A model generated the notes under the pieces. That model saw only the letters and a program-made list of their open reading frames with translations. It was not told where the DNA came from and did not search any database. A stretch of DNA of 64,000 nucleotides from Schmidtea polychroa (Eukaryota). Both the position numbers and the translations under genes were made by a program. Of the stretch, positions 23,462-35,720 are shown in pieces; position 1 is the stretch's first letter; every line of letters begins with the position of its first letter. The stretch covers positions 62,248,001-62,312,000 of the forward strand of contig CM097885.1 of NCBI GenBank assembly GCA_044892525.1, in the 5' to 3' direction.

Positions 23462-25179
23462 TAGGGCAACCCATTGCAACTTTTTGCAACTTTTGCAACT
23501 TTTGACTTTTTGGAAATTTTTTGATTTAAAAATTGTATATTCATATATAGATTTTTTGATTTAAAAATTATATATTCATATATAGATTTTTAATTTTTTT
23601 TACCATGAAAAATAATTCGAACATTAGAAAATACTGTGCATTATACAATAAGGAGTTTGTAATGGCCCCAAACGATCAGTTGTACTGCAATCTGTGTTCT
23701 AAAACAGTCGACCACAAAAGAAAATATACGATTGAAAAACACCGAAGAAGTCTTAAGCATTCCACCTTATTATCCCAATTAAATAGCGAAGAACCCGCTA
23801 AACAAGACTTTATAAGCGTGAAGAAGAGCGAATTTCTTGAAATATTAACAACCGCGTTAATATCAATCGACCTGCCGCTTCACAAACTACGAAATAATAA
23901 TCTCAAAAGGCTCTTTAATTTCATGACCTATCCACTTCCATCTGAATCGAGTATGCGAAGATACATTATTCAAAATACATACCCAGCAGTTTTGAATAAA
24001 TTGAAAGATTATGTCAAAACCAAAGAAATATTTCTTGTTGTGGATGAAACTTCAATCAACTTAGAAAAATACGCCATGGTATTAATAGGAACAATCGAAT
24101 CTCCTAAAGTTGTTTACGCGGCCAATTTAATACACCTGAAAGCTCCGATAACCCACCAAATTGTAGTCAACATTATAAATGAAACATTTGATATTCTTGA
24201 AATTGAAAGTAAACAATTTTTGCTGTTGTTAAGCGACGATGCTAGCTACATGCGAAAAGCAGCCGATCATTTAAAAATCGTGCATCTAAACATTTTCTCA
24301 ATTAAATGTATTGCGCACCTAATTCATAATTGTGCAATGCGGTTAAAAATTCACTACAAAGATGCTGATAATATGATTTCTGCGATTAAGTCAATAACGG
24401 CATAAAATAAAGAAAATAAAAGAATTCTTTCTAAGGCAGGCAATATTCCAGATGTTATTGTAACACGATGGTCAAGTTGGCTTGGCGCTGCATTAATTTA
24501 TTCTAAAATACTGCCAGAAATAAAATTATATTTCAAGGAAATAACTCAAAAGGAATATTGATCGAAAATGCGAAAACGGCTATTTTTAAAGAAACGATGA
24601 CAAAAGAGTTGGAAGAAATATTTAATTGTTACAGGGGGTTAGTTGTATTGGCTGATGAGCTTGAAGATTCAAAACATTCAATTGAAAGTGCATTTAAAAG
24701 AATAAATGAATTCGACTTCAAAGACGACCCTTGTAATTTGAAATCTTATATTCAGGAAAGAATGTTTAAAAACGACTTAAACAACATTTTGGAGTTGTCT
24801 AACGACAAAATTTCGCCAGCAACATATTCTCAGTTAAAAAATTGCCAGCCAACGTCAATTGACGTGGAAAGGAGCTTTTCAATGCTGAAAAGAATGTTAA
24901 GAGAGGACAGGAATTATAACGGAAATAATATTCCGTATTACTTTATCTGCTATTTCAATTCAGTTGATGAATAAAAACAATTTGATCCGAAACATTAGAC
25001 CAAAGAATTATCAAGAATTTTTGCTTGTTTTCCCGTTTACAAAGGAATTCTACTTTAATGATTTTATATTTATATTTTGTAGTAAATAATAAAAAATTTA
25101 ATATTATTTTATAGTCAGCTTTTATTGCAACTTTTTAAGTTTTTTTGCAACTTTTTTTTGCAACTTTTGGGTTGCCTTA
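23462..25179 (+). mobile_element. hAT transposon with CGGBP1/DUF659-like transposase, stop and frameshift inactivated
   Basis: TIRs TAGGGCAACCCA / TGGGTTGCCTTA, a perfect 8-bp TSD ATTATAAC (23454-23461, 25180-25187) and TTGCAAC subterminal repeats. ORFs 23605-24405 and 24558-24974 contain LYCNLC..H..S.KH, FLVVDET, CIAHLIH, TRW and PTSIDVERSFS. Confidence 0.93.
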
Positions 25180-25430
25180 ATTATAACTCAGATTAGATTT
25201 ATAATATTTATTAACATTATTTATATTAAGGTTAACATGATTCAAATTATCATTTTGTTTTAGATTATGATTTGAATTTTAATTACAATTTAACTTTTGT
25301 TTAAGATTTCTTATGTCATTGTTTGGCTTTCTTTTAAATTTATAAAAATTAGTATTTTCAACAACTTGGTTATATTGATCATAATTCATTGTGGCGAAAC
25401 CCTTGGTGATAATTGGTAGATTTTTATCTG

Positions 25431-26364
25431 TTAATTTACCCGAGGGGTCAAAATCACTTCGGTCTTTGTAATTCGAGTGGTCGATAATATTATAGTGGTT
25501 GTAATGTGGACTTGACCAATATTACTTATATCATTAGATGGCCTTGATTTGATCATATCAGCATATGTCGCCTTCGGAGAATTAGATTTGGTGTCTTCAT
25601 AAATCGGGTCTCTAGTTTGTGCGAGTGAACAGTTTGGGTCCCTGTCTAGATCACATTCATAAATAGAAGCAGTGCTTAGTTTATTGGTGGAAAGTTTGTT
25701 ATCATAAGAGTTGGCATGTTTTCGCATATAAGCATTAAAAGGCATAGTATTAATGGATCTATTATTTTTTCTGTCATTAGATTGATCAATTAAATTACCA
25801 TGCATATCGATCTTTCGATCACGATTTTTTTGCAAGGTTCCATCTGTCCATACATGTACCAATTCGATCTGTGACAGCCTTCTCATTTGCATTTTCGTTT
25901 GGGGGATTTCTTTTCAACAATACACTTTCGATGTATCTGCTTGTCTTCGAGTTCGGCCATCCGACAAACTAACGAATTCTGTTCCAGCTCCTGCAAGCCT
26001 GTGCATAGTCGAGATCCTTATCTGTGGAGAATAGCATTCCATATATACATTCCAAATCGGAACGTATCAATTTAGGCTTACTGTTTTGGATTAATATATT
26101 AAACAGAATTCCGGATCTCCTATCCATTTCGGATGATCTTTTCATCGTCCCTCGGGTGATGCCGTCAATATAAATGGCCGTCGAGGAAGATGGTTGCCAC
26201 AACTGGGACCTGAGCCTGCTCCAGCTGCATCGTAAGTCATCATCAGGTTTCACTCCGGGTCCTATATCAACAAATTTCGTTAATTTATTGATATCATTAA
26301 GGCATATTTCTGCCGAGTGCTGACGAATGTTATATGAAGTTGAAATTTTTTCGATCATGTTCAT
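25431..26364 (-). pseudogene. decayed unknown ORF with three C-x-W helical repeats
   Basis: ORF 25969-26364 continues in frame past TAG as FVGWPNSKTSRYIESVLLKR...GTCMDRWNLAKK, and a frameshift then joins ORF 25431-25892. It lies downstream of the LTR-like promoter at 27590. Confidence 0.5.
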
Positions 26365-27559
26365 TTTTTCTCTGCATTTATGAGGTAGTCAGTTGAAAAA
26401 ATATCTTGGTCAATGTTCAATGTAAGATACTCAGATGTTCAGTGGCAAGCTTGCACCGGTGGTGCTCACACCGTTACTTATGATTATACTTGACGCTATC
26501 TGCTGATTTAGAATTACGAATTAACCCTAATTAACTGGGGATAGGCACCTGTATCAGAGATACAGTGGTCTACTGATTATTTATGTTTGTCTAATCTAAT
26601 GATCTAAATATGTGAACATGGATTTTATTGTTTTTGAAAAAATTAATAGATGTTCGTTATTACATCATCGGTGACTTACGAGCCATTTCTTTCGATGCTG
26701 ACGAATAATATTAACATCATACATGTAGTGTTGAGATTATTAAATATGATATTGCCTACCTCGATCGGTGCATGTCCTACTTTGGTCTAGAATCCTGATT
26801 TTCGTAGATCGTGCCGCTTGCATAATTTATACAAGAGAAACGTGGAAAAAATATAGAATGGACGTCTGGTTGGAGAAAATAAAGGAAGTTAGGTGGACAT
26901 CCTCAATCATTGCGTTTACTTCAACATCTTTGACTTTATGTACATAAAATTGTTATTCATTGTAATCGTACCGATAACTCTTAACGGCGACAGATTGATG
27001 GGGAAACCCCCGCGTATCGACCCGTTCAAATCCGCGATAACACTGAAATGCCAGCCGAACTACTGATCCGAGGAACAACCAATGTCCCTCAAGTGGTGGT
27101 CTTTTGGATACCAGCGCCATCAATTTATTATTACTTCATGAATAAATAAATCATTTAGTTATTATAACTCCATAAAATTGTGAGCATAATTCATTTCTAT
27201 TCGGTATATAAAATTATTTATCATTATCATTTCGTAAATAAATAAAATAAATTAATTTGTGACTTCAACAAAAATTGTGAGAATGATGTATTACCATTTA
27301 ACATTTAAATATTGTTTATCATTACTGTTTAAGGAAAAGCGAAAAGGGAATCATTTCATGAAGGAAGTTATTTAATATCAATACTACAGTACATATTTAA
27401 ATAGACAATATAACAAGTAAACATAAAAATTACTGAATGTAAATCAATTGTCTCCAAATGGGTTCTTCAAAATTAGTCCGCGAATCAATTTAATAGTTTC
27501 TGAGTTTCCGAGTGATTTGTTTGGCTGTTGACTAGTCCTACCCAATGTTTATTTAAAAT

Positions 27560-28018
27560 GAACATTAGTATTTTACATTTTGTGCGGTCTTTATATAGCT
27601 ATTCCTATAAGATTTCGACCAATCAGAGTAAATCGGCTACTTTTTAATGGTTTTATTTTGTGTTTTTATGTCTATTTGCTTCTTTTTTGGGTTTTCTGAT
27701 TTATTTTTTATGTATTAGTTTAATTTTTCTCATTCTAAATTTATTGGTGTTCTTTCTCTTATTTCGCTAACGTTTTCTTGAGATTGTTGATGTTTTAATT
27801 CGTTTATTTCTTTATATTTACTTTTATTTTTGTCTTTTCTTATTTTTTTTTATTTTCTTAATTTCACCTTATTTTTGATATTTGTTGTATTTTTTGGTTA
27901 TTCTTTTCCTCTTTTATTTTATATTGCTAATTAGATTATTGCTATTGCAATTAGTACAAAAGTAAAAGGAATTTCGAAATCGGGAAAATAGAAAAACAAC
28001 AATATTCTTATCTCGACA
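27560..28018 (-). promoter_or_regulatory. LTR-like U3/promoter
   Basis: An A-rich tract, CCAATCAG at 27619 and TATATAAA at 27590-27597. A possible TGTCGAGATAAG terminus lies at 28018. Confidence 0.5.
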
Positions 28019-29305
28019 TCTTGTCAGAGATAAGGGAAACAAAACAAAAATAGTCCAGAGTCACTTTCACTAGTCTGTAAATCTAAAACAGATGTATTCA
28101 TCCGAATAATGCCCATTAGTTTTTCTTTTTTTATTACATATTGCATCCTTTGTATTGCCACTTGTAATACTACTGAGACTTGTCTTTGCTTAGTATCTGA
28201 AATTAACTTTTAAGGAAAAATAAATAAATTACAATAAAAATACATATTTCAAACACAATCATATACATTGTCATTGGAATTGAACCTTCTTTAAAATACA
28301 ATGATAAAAATAACCTCTAAAAATTATCATAATTTACTTACTTTAACGTAAAATTACTTTAAATAATTTAATTTGAGTTATAATTTTTATATACTTTAAC
28401 ATTATTTGCATTGAAAAGTAAAACTTCCTATAAATTTTTCATTAATTATGATAAAAATAAAAAAAGTTGAAATCCCTTAATTTTAAGGAAAAATCTTTTA
28501 ATATTTTATCATCCTTGATAATAATACCCAAACAATCACCTGTGGAAACCTATAATTTATTGAAATATTCTTGAAATTTAATTACATCCACTTGTTAAAA
28601 AATTACTTTTAAATAAAAGAAATACAAGTAAAAACCAATATTTCAAATACAAATTTATTATAAAAACACCATAAATCTTCTTTATCATACAAAAATTATT
28701 TGTAAAAGCTAAAAATAATCATAATTAAAAATTAATTTATAATAAAAATACAAATTTTAATACTTTAATATTCTTGGCATTGAAAAGTAAAATTCCCTTT
28801 AGATTTATCATGAATTATGTTAAAAATAAACTATTAAAGTTGAAATTAACTATTCCAAATAACTATCCCTGACCCAAGAATAATTATTTTAAATAATTGA
28901 CAATTTTTTTAATACTTGAAATATATTCTTGGTATTGAAATATAAAACATACCAAAACAATCACCTATGAAAAACCTCGGAGTGAGACATTTCAGTCCCG
29001 CCGTTTCAGTTCCACCGATTCAGGATAATAATATTCATGATAATTCTGGAGATTTATTTACATTCAAAAATGAAAAACCAAATAATCCAATAATAAATCT
29101 TGCAGCTATTAGATCGAAACAATATGCAATGGAATTAGTGTCTGGTGAAGAAAATAAAAATAAAGTAATCAAAAAATCCACAGCAAAAAGATCACATTTA
29201 AAGATTTTTAAATTGTCTAAGTTTAAATTCTGAAAAAAAAGTTGATGTGATTCATAATATAAAATCAAATAAACATAATATGTATTTAGAAGAATCTTGC
29301 AAGAC

Positions 29306-31470
29306 TAGAGGTGCTGCCTTTTTATGATTTTGAAAAGCTCGAGCTTTCGAGCTTTTTCTATTCAAAACTCGAGCTACTCGACCCGAACGAGCTTTTCGAG
29401 ACATCAATTAAAAAACCTCAACATACTTTTGAATTTTTTTATTTTAATAAAAAACCAGTTCCTTTTTTATTTTATAAATACATGTTAAGTACGTACGTTC
29501 AAATATATGTATATAAATTTAAATACATTGGAATGGAAATTGGAAATTAATTAATTTTTAAGGAAATAACTATTGAGAAAGCAGATTGCATCAATGCTGC
29601 GATCGCTTAAGCTTTGCCTTTTAACCGTTACAACATTTCCAGCCAAAGAAAATACTGGTCACTTTCGGTTGATGTCGGTTGGATGCTTTTTAACGATTCC
29701 AGCATTTTTCTTAAATTGGATGAAATAATACCCGTTACCTCTTATATGTTCACTTCCTTCCCAATTGACTTGTTAACAGTATCTTCATTTATTGGCATTG
29801 ATTGAAGGCAGCTATTGATGTTATTTTGCAAAATATTCTTAAGATTACTTATTTCAGTTGCGTCGTTTTCAATTAACTCCAATGATGAATCCTCTTCGAC
29901 GGTAGACTCAGTTGGTTTAGAATCCAGAATTTTTGCGGCATATTCTTTTGTAGTTTAAATGATTTCATTTTTAGTTGACATTTTAAAAAAATCATCTCTT
30001 GAATTTAAGCTTCCACCAGATTTTATAGTTTGTGGGTTTTGTAGAAATTTTATTACCGAAACTGTAAACTTAAAATTTAATCGAAATTATTCTTTTCTAC
30101 ATAAAATATTTGCACTGCACAAACAAATAAGACGCGAATCATTTAAAAAACAAATTATAATGATTTATGAGTGTTTTCTTTTGTTTTTAATGTGAAGAAA
30201 ATGTAAATAAAAAATCTTATTATAGTAGCCATAGAGCAATTTTTGTATTGTTTCCATAGGAACATATTGTTGAGGTCCGTAAATTAAAATAAATTTAAAT
30301 GAAAATTAGGTTAATAATTTAAATAAAAAGTAAGTGAAGAAAAAAGACAAATAAAAGTGGGATCATGCACAGAATCGATGGTAAAGGAAAGTGTGATGGA
30401 AGCAGTATTAGAAAATGCCAAAAGCAATTACGAAAGGCAAGAATCCGGAAATCCGAGAAAAATCAATAAATGTTAAAATCATCGAAATCGAGCTAATGGG
30501 AAACCCGAGCCAATGGAGAACCCGAAAGATGAAGGAAACCCAAGCTGAGTAAACGAGAAGGAAAGTAAACAGAAGGAAAGTAAACAGAAGGAAGATTTGG
30601 GCCCATTAGCTTGACACAATGATTAATTGGAAAAGAGCAAGGAAGATAGTGCGTGTAGAAAGGTCGGTAGGGATATTAATTATCTTGGTTCGTTGGACCA
30701 TTATGGACGACAGCCGAATCAGATACGTGGAAGCAAATGTCAAGTGAAAGATTGGCTCGGCAATAACCATTTGTCATCCTGATTTCGAGGAGTATATAAG
30801 GAAAGGGAAAATCAGAGCAAATTGGCATTTTGCCTCAGCTACGGTTAGAATTAACCGAGTTAAGAATAGGTAAAACGAATTAAGGAGATTAGGGAAAAGA
30901 AGACATTGAATAGGAATACGGAAAGGTGAAAAAGAATCAAATCAAACAGAAAAAGAGGAAAACGTGGGTCAAGAGAATCTAAAGAAATAAAAGGTGAATA
31001 TTATCTATTTACAAAGCATCAACGCCGAGCCGAGAATCGGTCAAACGTAACTTTGATCATTAATTGTAAAGTGGTGAGAAAAGATTGTGAATTTTGTTAT
31101 TTCAATATACGTTGGGTCGTTATTGTTTTGATTTAAAGGACACGAGGAGTCAGAGGGAACCGACTTAAATTAACCAAAAACCCAACAATATATATCTATG
31201 TTATTACATATAATTAAAATAATTTGTGTCTATAATAATTTATTTCTTGTTTTACTTTAATCTTTAAATGAAATTTTTGAACTTATTATGTTTGTTATGT
31301 CGTTATATGTTTGTTATATTGTTACATATTTGTTATATTGTTACTATATTATTGGTATACATTTTTAATAAACTCGAGCTTTTTACCCAAAAAGATCGAG
31401 CCGGGAGATTTACAAATTAGCGAAATAGTTCGATATTTATGACTCGAGCCAGCTCGAGTCAGCAGCTCTA
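29306..31470 (-). mobile_element. non-autonomous hAT element with nested solo LTR
   Basis: TIRs TAGAG(G/C)TGCTG, an 8-bp TSD TGCAAGAC/TGCATGAC and many CTCGAG subterminal repeats. A minus-strand dimerisation-domain remnant QPTSTES..FSLAGNVVTVKRQSL lies near 29600-29700. Confidence 0.85.
30268..31187 (+). mobile_element. solo LTR (920 bp) with 4-bp TSD
   Basis: TGTTGAGG...CCCAACA ends, ATAT on both flanks and an internal TATATAAG box. A closely related inverted copy is at 36384-38097. Confidence 0.9.
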
Positions 31471-32054
31471 TGCATGACATTAGATTATTATGATGATAAA
31501 AGATTTGTTTTATCTGATGGTATTAGTACACTTCCATTTGGAAATTCCATTTATAACTTACGCAAATTTAATAAGAAATATAGAACCATCATGACAGATG
31601 TTGAAATTAGTAAAAAGTTAAAAGTTGACCTCAGATGTCGTGATGCTGAAATTTGACGATATAAAATGTCAACTATAAAGTTAGATACTTCAATGATTAT
31701 CAAAATAATAAACACCTTTGATAAACTTATGAATAGAATAAATAAACTAGAAAAGATAATTGAATTTTCTCTTGTGCCTCTAATCTCCTCTTTATGTTTT
31801 TTTTAATGTTTTTTTATGTTTTACCTCGACGGAATTAGTTGTCAATTTAATATTATATTTTATATCCATTAAATATTCATAATTAAGCATTTAACCATTT
31901 CTCTCTATCATCTTTTTTCGGATATTCTCAGGTTATTTGATTTGCACTCTTCAACTTGATAATCTGATCATTTATCTCTTGAATTATTTGATTGGATTTT
32001 AAAATTTCATCATTCGTCAAGAATCCATCTTCGATGGCTTTTAATTAATATTTC

Positions 32055-32658
32055 CTACACAAAGGTAAATAATTTGGAGGATTCATTCTTTCGATTATTT
32101 TGTATCCCACTCCAACAGTATGGAAAAGAATATAAAATGTTTGTTTCTTTTCCATTATAATATGATCCCGTTATACAATTACAATATATATTTATTGAAG
32201 ATGTATTTGTTATTTTTATAATATATTTGGATTTTATAATTACGCTATTTGAAATACCACCAATATATTCTTTGGATTCAAAACCCAATATAGTATGAAA
32301 AAAACTAGCATCATCAAAACTAAGTATGATATTTTTTAGTATCAAGATACATTTTGATGATGGTAAATCTAATTTTATTTCAATATTTCCATTTGTTTCC
32401 TTTGAAATTATAGTATTCAATTCCTTTATTTCATATGCCACTGGTTCAATTGTTATATTTTTTTTGTCCTGATGCATTGGTTGTAGTAAAATCATTATTA
32501 TTAATGTTTATATTGAAAATTGTGTTGTAACAACTAAACCATAATAACCCCAATTCATAATTTAATTCATAATTTAAATTTATAGGGTTATCAAAATATA
32601 TAGTAAAATCAGACTTGGTAGAAATAACTGATAAAGTTATGGAATATTTTGAAGACAT
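32055..32658 (-). pseudogene. Polinton minor capsid (penton-like) protein, frameshifted
   Basis: FTIYFDNPINL.YELGLLWFSCYNTIFNI...AYEIKEL...ILGF...SINIYCNCITGSYYNGKETNILYSF matches the Polinton minor capsid pattern. Confidence 0.8.
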
Positions 32659-32739
32659 TCTCCATTTTTTTCAATTTTGACCCCATTTTTACTAATAATA
32701 AATTATAAAAGTTTTTATTTTAATAAAATTTTTATTATT

Positions 32740-33218
32740 ACAAAGTTTCCAGATTATTATAGATTTCTTGGATTATACTTGTAAACTCTTGTTTTATGAG
32801 CGTTGTATCAACAAGATTTAATTTATACAAAACATATAAACACAAAACTCCACATATTTTAGTGTTGTCAGGATGAACTTGTCGAGTATTATAAATATAT
32901 TCTTCTCGATCAGAATCTTGATTCTGATTGAGGAGTTCTTGTCCTAAATATTCTTCAACTTCTTTTGTAGGTTTAATCCCATATGAATCAAAATATAGAG
33001 CTCAATCACAAACTCCAACCCAATGAGATCCTTTTTTATCAGAGTTTTGATAATTGATTATTATATTATTTTTCTTTGTTTTTCCAATCTGTTACCATCA
33101 TTCATTAATATTTTTATTGGTAAGTTTAAATAATATTTGCATAGTCTTTTAAATCAAAATTTGTTTTTGTATCAATTCCAAATGTTTTTAAAAAATCCAA
33201 TATTGAATACTCGCTCAT
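32740..33218 (-). pseudogene. Polinton adenain-like cysteine protease, degraded
   Basis: Manual translation gives GSHWVG...LYFDSYGIKP...RQVHPDNTKICGVLCLYVL (His, Asp, Gln and Cys motifs), with stops and frameshifts. Confidence 0.8.
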
Positions 33219-33249
33219 TTATTAAATTGTATATTTACTACCTCCTACT

Positions 33250-34059
33250 AATTTTATATTAAATTTATTTATTATATTTATGAAATTTATCTTGTGAAAT
33301 TATTCCATGTTTTAATAATTTTTTAGACATGTTTAAAATATCACCATTCAAATTATTATGACCTGCTTTCTTTGCTGCTAATAATTTTCTAGTTGAATAA
33401 AAAGATTAATAAAATTTGTTTTGTTAATAAAAGTTCCTTTTCCTTCAACAGTATAATCCATTTCATTTTGATTTAAATAACCTTTAAACCCTGTATATAA
33501 TTTGATTTTGAACTACCTCCTACTAATTTTATTAAATCTAAATATTTTTTAATTTCATTTTTATCATCTGATGAATATCCTCTAATTAATTTATCCCAAT
33601 CTTTTTTGTGTATTCTATATTTAAACGTTGATTGTTGAAACTATTTTCAGAATGAATATATAGTTCACCATTAATATTGTCATACAACACCAATTTTTGA
33701 TTATTAATTGTTATAATTTGAAATCCTTTGTCATTAATAGAAAAAATAGGATTTATTGTTTTAGTCAATTTTCCATTAATTCTTATATCTACCTTGTATG
33801 GTTTTATATTTATCCCCAAATCTTCAGGTTCCAAATCCCAAGATTCTAAATATCTAGATTCTAAATCTCCAGATTCTATTTCTAGTTGTAATTCTTTGGG
33901 TTTTAATTCATTCAAAGCTTTAAGAGTTGGTTGTTGTTGTTCTGTCATTAATTCATTTAATATTATAGATTCAGTATGTTGAGCCAAATCTTTTTTATTA
34001 TACTTGTCTTGTTCAACATGTAATTTTTTTAACAAGGCCAATCTTTCTTCATTAACCAT
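33250..34059 (-). pseudogene. Polinton conserved hypothetical protein
   Basis: ORF 33586-34059 plus a frameshifted tail containing KLLAAKKAGHNNLNGDILNMSKKLLKHGII and two LVGGS motifs. It sits between the protease and core-like genes. Confidence 0.55.
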
Positions 34060-34200
34060 TTTTTATACCATTTTATGGTATACCATTTTTATACCATTTT
34101 ATGGTACATGTTCCTTTATTAGTAAAGAAACTTTACTAATAAAGTTCTTTCCAAGGTTTCGAATATAAAACTTTACCATCTTTTGGTTTACAACCATTTT

Positions 34201-34656
34201 TCAAAGACTTGCATATTTTTTTAAACTATCTTTATCTTTTGTAGATAATTCAGATGATGAAATTTGATTTTTGAGAAAATAATTTAAACCTCTACCTTTG
34301 TAAGGATCAAGGTATAAACCTGTTCCTTTCTTTTTTATCAAATCAATTTCCTGTTGTAATTTTTGTTTTTCTAATTCAGTTTTTTGAGCTTCTTTAGATT
34401 TTTGAACTGTAGTTGCAATCCCTCCAGCTATTCTAGCAGCACCAGATAAACCTGCAATGATTGCAGGTATTAAAGCAGCCAAAGGTAAAATACCACTTTC
34501 TCTAATTTTCTCTTGAACTTTTTCCTTGACATTTTTTCCAACAAAATATTTCTTGCCATCAATTACTACTGATTTACTTTTGTGTGAATTGATTAATTCT
34601 TTCAGATATTCTTCATTTGAATTGGTTAATTTAAATGGAGATTCTTCAGTCGTCAT
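34201..34656 (-). CDS. Polinton/adintovirus core-like protein with amphipathic GILPL...AG segment
   Basis: ESGILPLAALIPAIIAGLSGAARIAGGIATTV...KGTGLYLDPYKGRG matches the pattern I recognise in Polinton small structural ORFs. Confidence 0.7.
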   Translation of the reverse strand: MTTEESPFKLTNSNEEYLKELINSHKSKSVVIDGKKYFVGKNVKEKVQEKIRESGILPLAALIPAIIAGLSGAARIAGGIATTVQKSKEAQKTELEKQKLQQEIDLIKKKGTGLYLDPYKGRGLNYFLKNQISSSELSTKDKDSLKKYASL

Positions 34657-34671
34657 TTTTTAATAAAAAAA

Positions 34672-35480
34672 ATGGCTATTTTAGATCAAAATAAAATTTT
34701 GAATCAAAATAATAACGCGACATAAAAGTAAACTTAATAATAAAATTTTTCCTGATAATTTTAGATTATTAATTGTTGGATCTTCAGGGTGTGGAATATA
34801 CTTCTTTTGAGAATGTTACTAGAAGATGGGTTTCTAGATTATAATAATTTAATATTTTATTCTACAACTATAAACCAACCACAACTACAACTTGTGAAAT
34901 ATGGATTTGTAAATAAATTAACTAAAAAAGCAATCATTGATATTTTTAAAAATCAACACAGATGTCCTAAAGAAGTATATCATCCATGTGATATAGTTGA
35001 TTGGTATATGGAAGAGATGTTAAAATCAGATATTGATAATAAAAATGATTATATTAGTGATGAATCAAATTTCATTAATAAAACAAGTTTGAATAATGAA
35101 TCAATACAAGTTTTATTCTCCAACAAACCTGAAGATGTATTACATTGTGATTTTATTTCCAAAGATAAAAAGAATCTAGTTATATTTGATGATGTTGTAA
35201 ATATGAAAAATCAAGAAATTCAAAAAAGTTATTTTACTCGAGGTCGTCACAATAATTGTAATGGGATTTACATCTCTCAAACTTATTATGCCTTGGATAA
35301 AAATTCAATAAGAAACAACTCCAATTGTTTCATCTTTTTAAAATTAGATAAGCGTGACAAGAATATGATTTATAGTGATTTATTTTCAAATGTTGAACCT
35401 GGAAGAATAGGTTTGATATGATTGTTGGCAATCATTGGGAAAAAAAATATAAATATATTTATTTGGATAGAGAAAAGAGT
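34672..35480 (+). pseudogene. Polinton A32-like DNA packaging ATPase, frameshifted in Walker A
   Basis: FRLLIVGSSGCG (frameshift) LLLRML..., Walker B NLVIFDDV, and FTRGRHNN...YISQTYY...IRNN. Confidence 0.88.
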
Positions 35481-35519
35481 TAAAGAAAAACTTGTTTTAA
35501 ACTTGTTTTTAAAATATTA

Positions 35520-35720
35520 AAAACTTGATTTCTGTAATTCATTATTGTAAAATCTACCCAATATTTCTTCATTATTTTCATCGATGATACCATATGTTAT
35601 TGGAACGGTATAATGTATTTTATTTATAATAAAAATTTCATTTGTCCATTTCGCTGTGAATCCATTTTCAAATTTATTTTTATATTTAAATATTCTTACT
35701 GTTTCTGCCGATTTCGGCGT
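35520..35720 (-). pseudogene. Polinton integrase C-terminal remnant
   Basis: The minus strand encodes KFE.GFTAKWTNEIF...TVPITYGIIDENNEEILGRFYNNELQK across frameshifts. Confidence 0.75.

Larger units (their letters stand above)
29010..31560 (+). pseudogene. Polinton protein-primed DNA polymerase B, C-terminal remnant split by a hAT insertion
   Basis: LFTFKNE...IINLAAIRSKQYA...KVIKK...IHNIKSNKHNMYLEESCK precedes the insertion. Removing the insertion and one TSD restores CKTLDYYDDKRFVLSDGISTLPFG, the typical DDKR...TLPxG pPolB tail. Confidence 0.8.
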
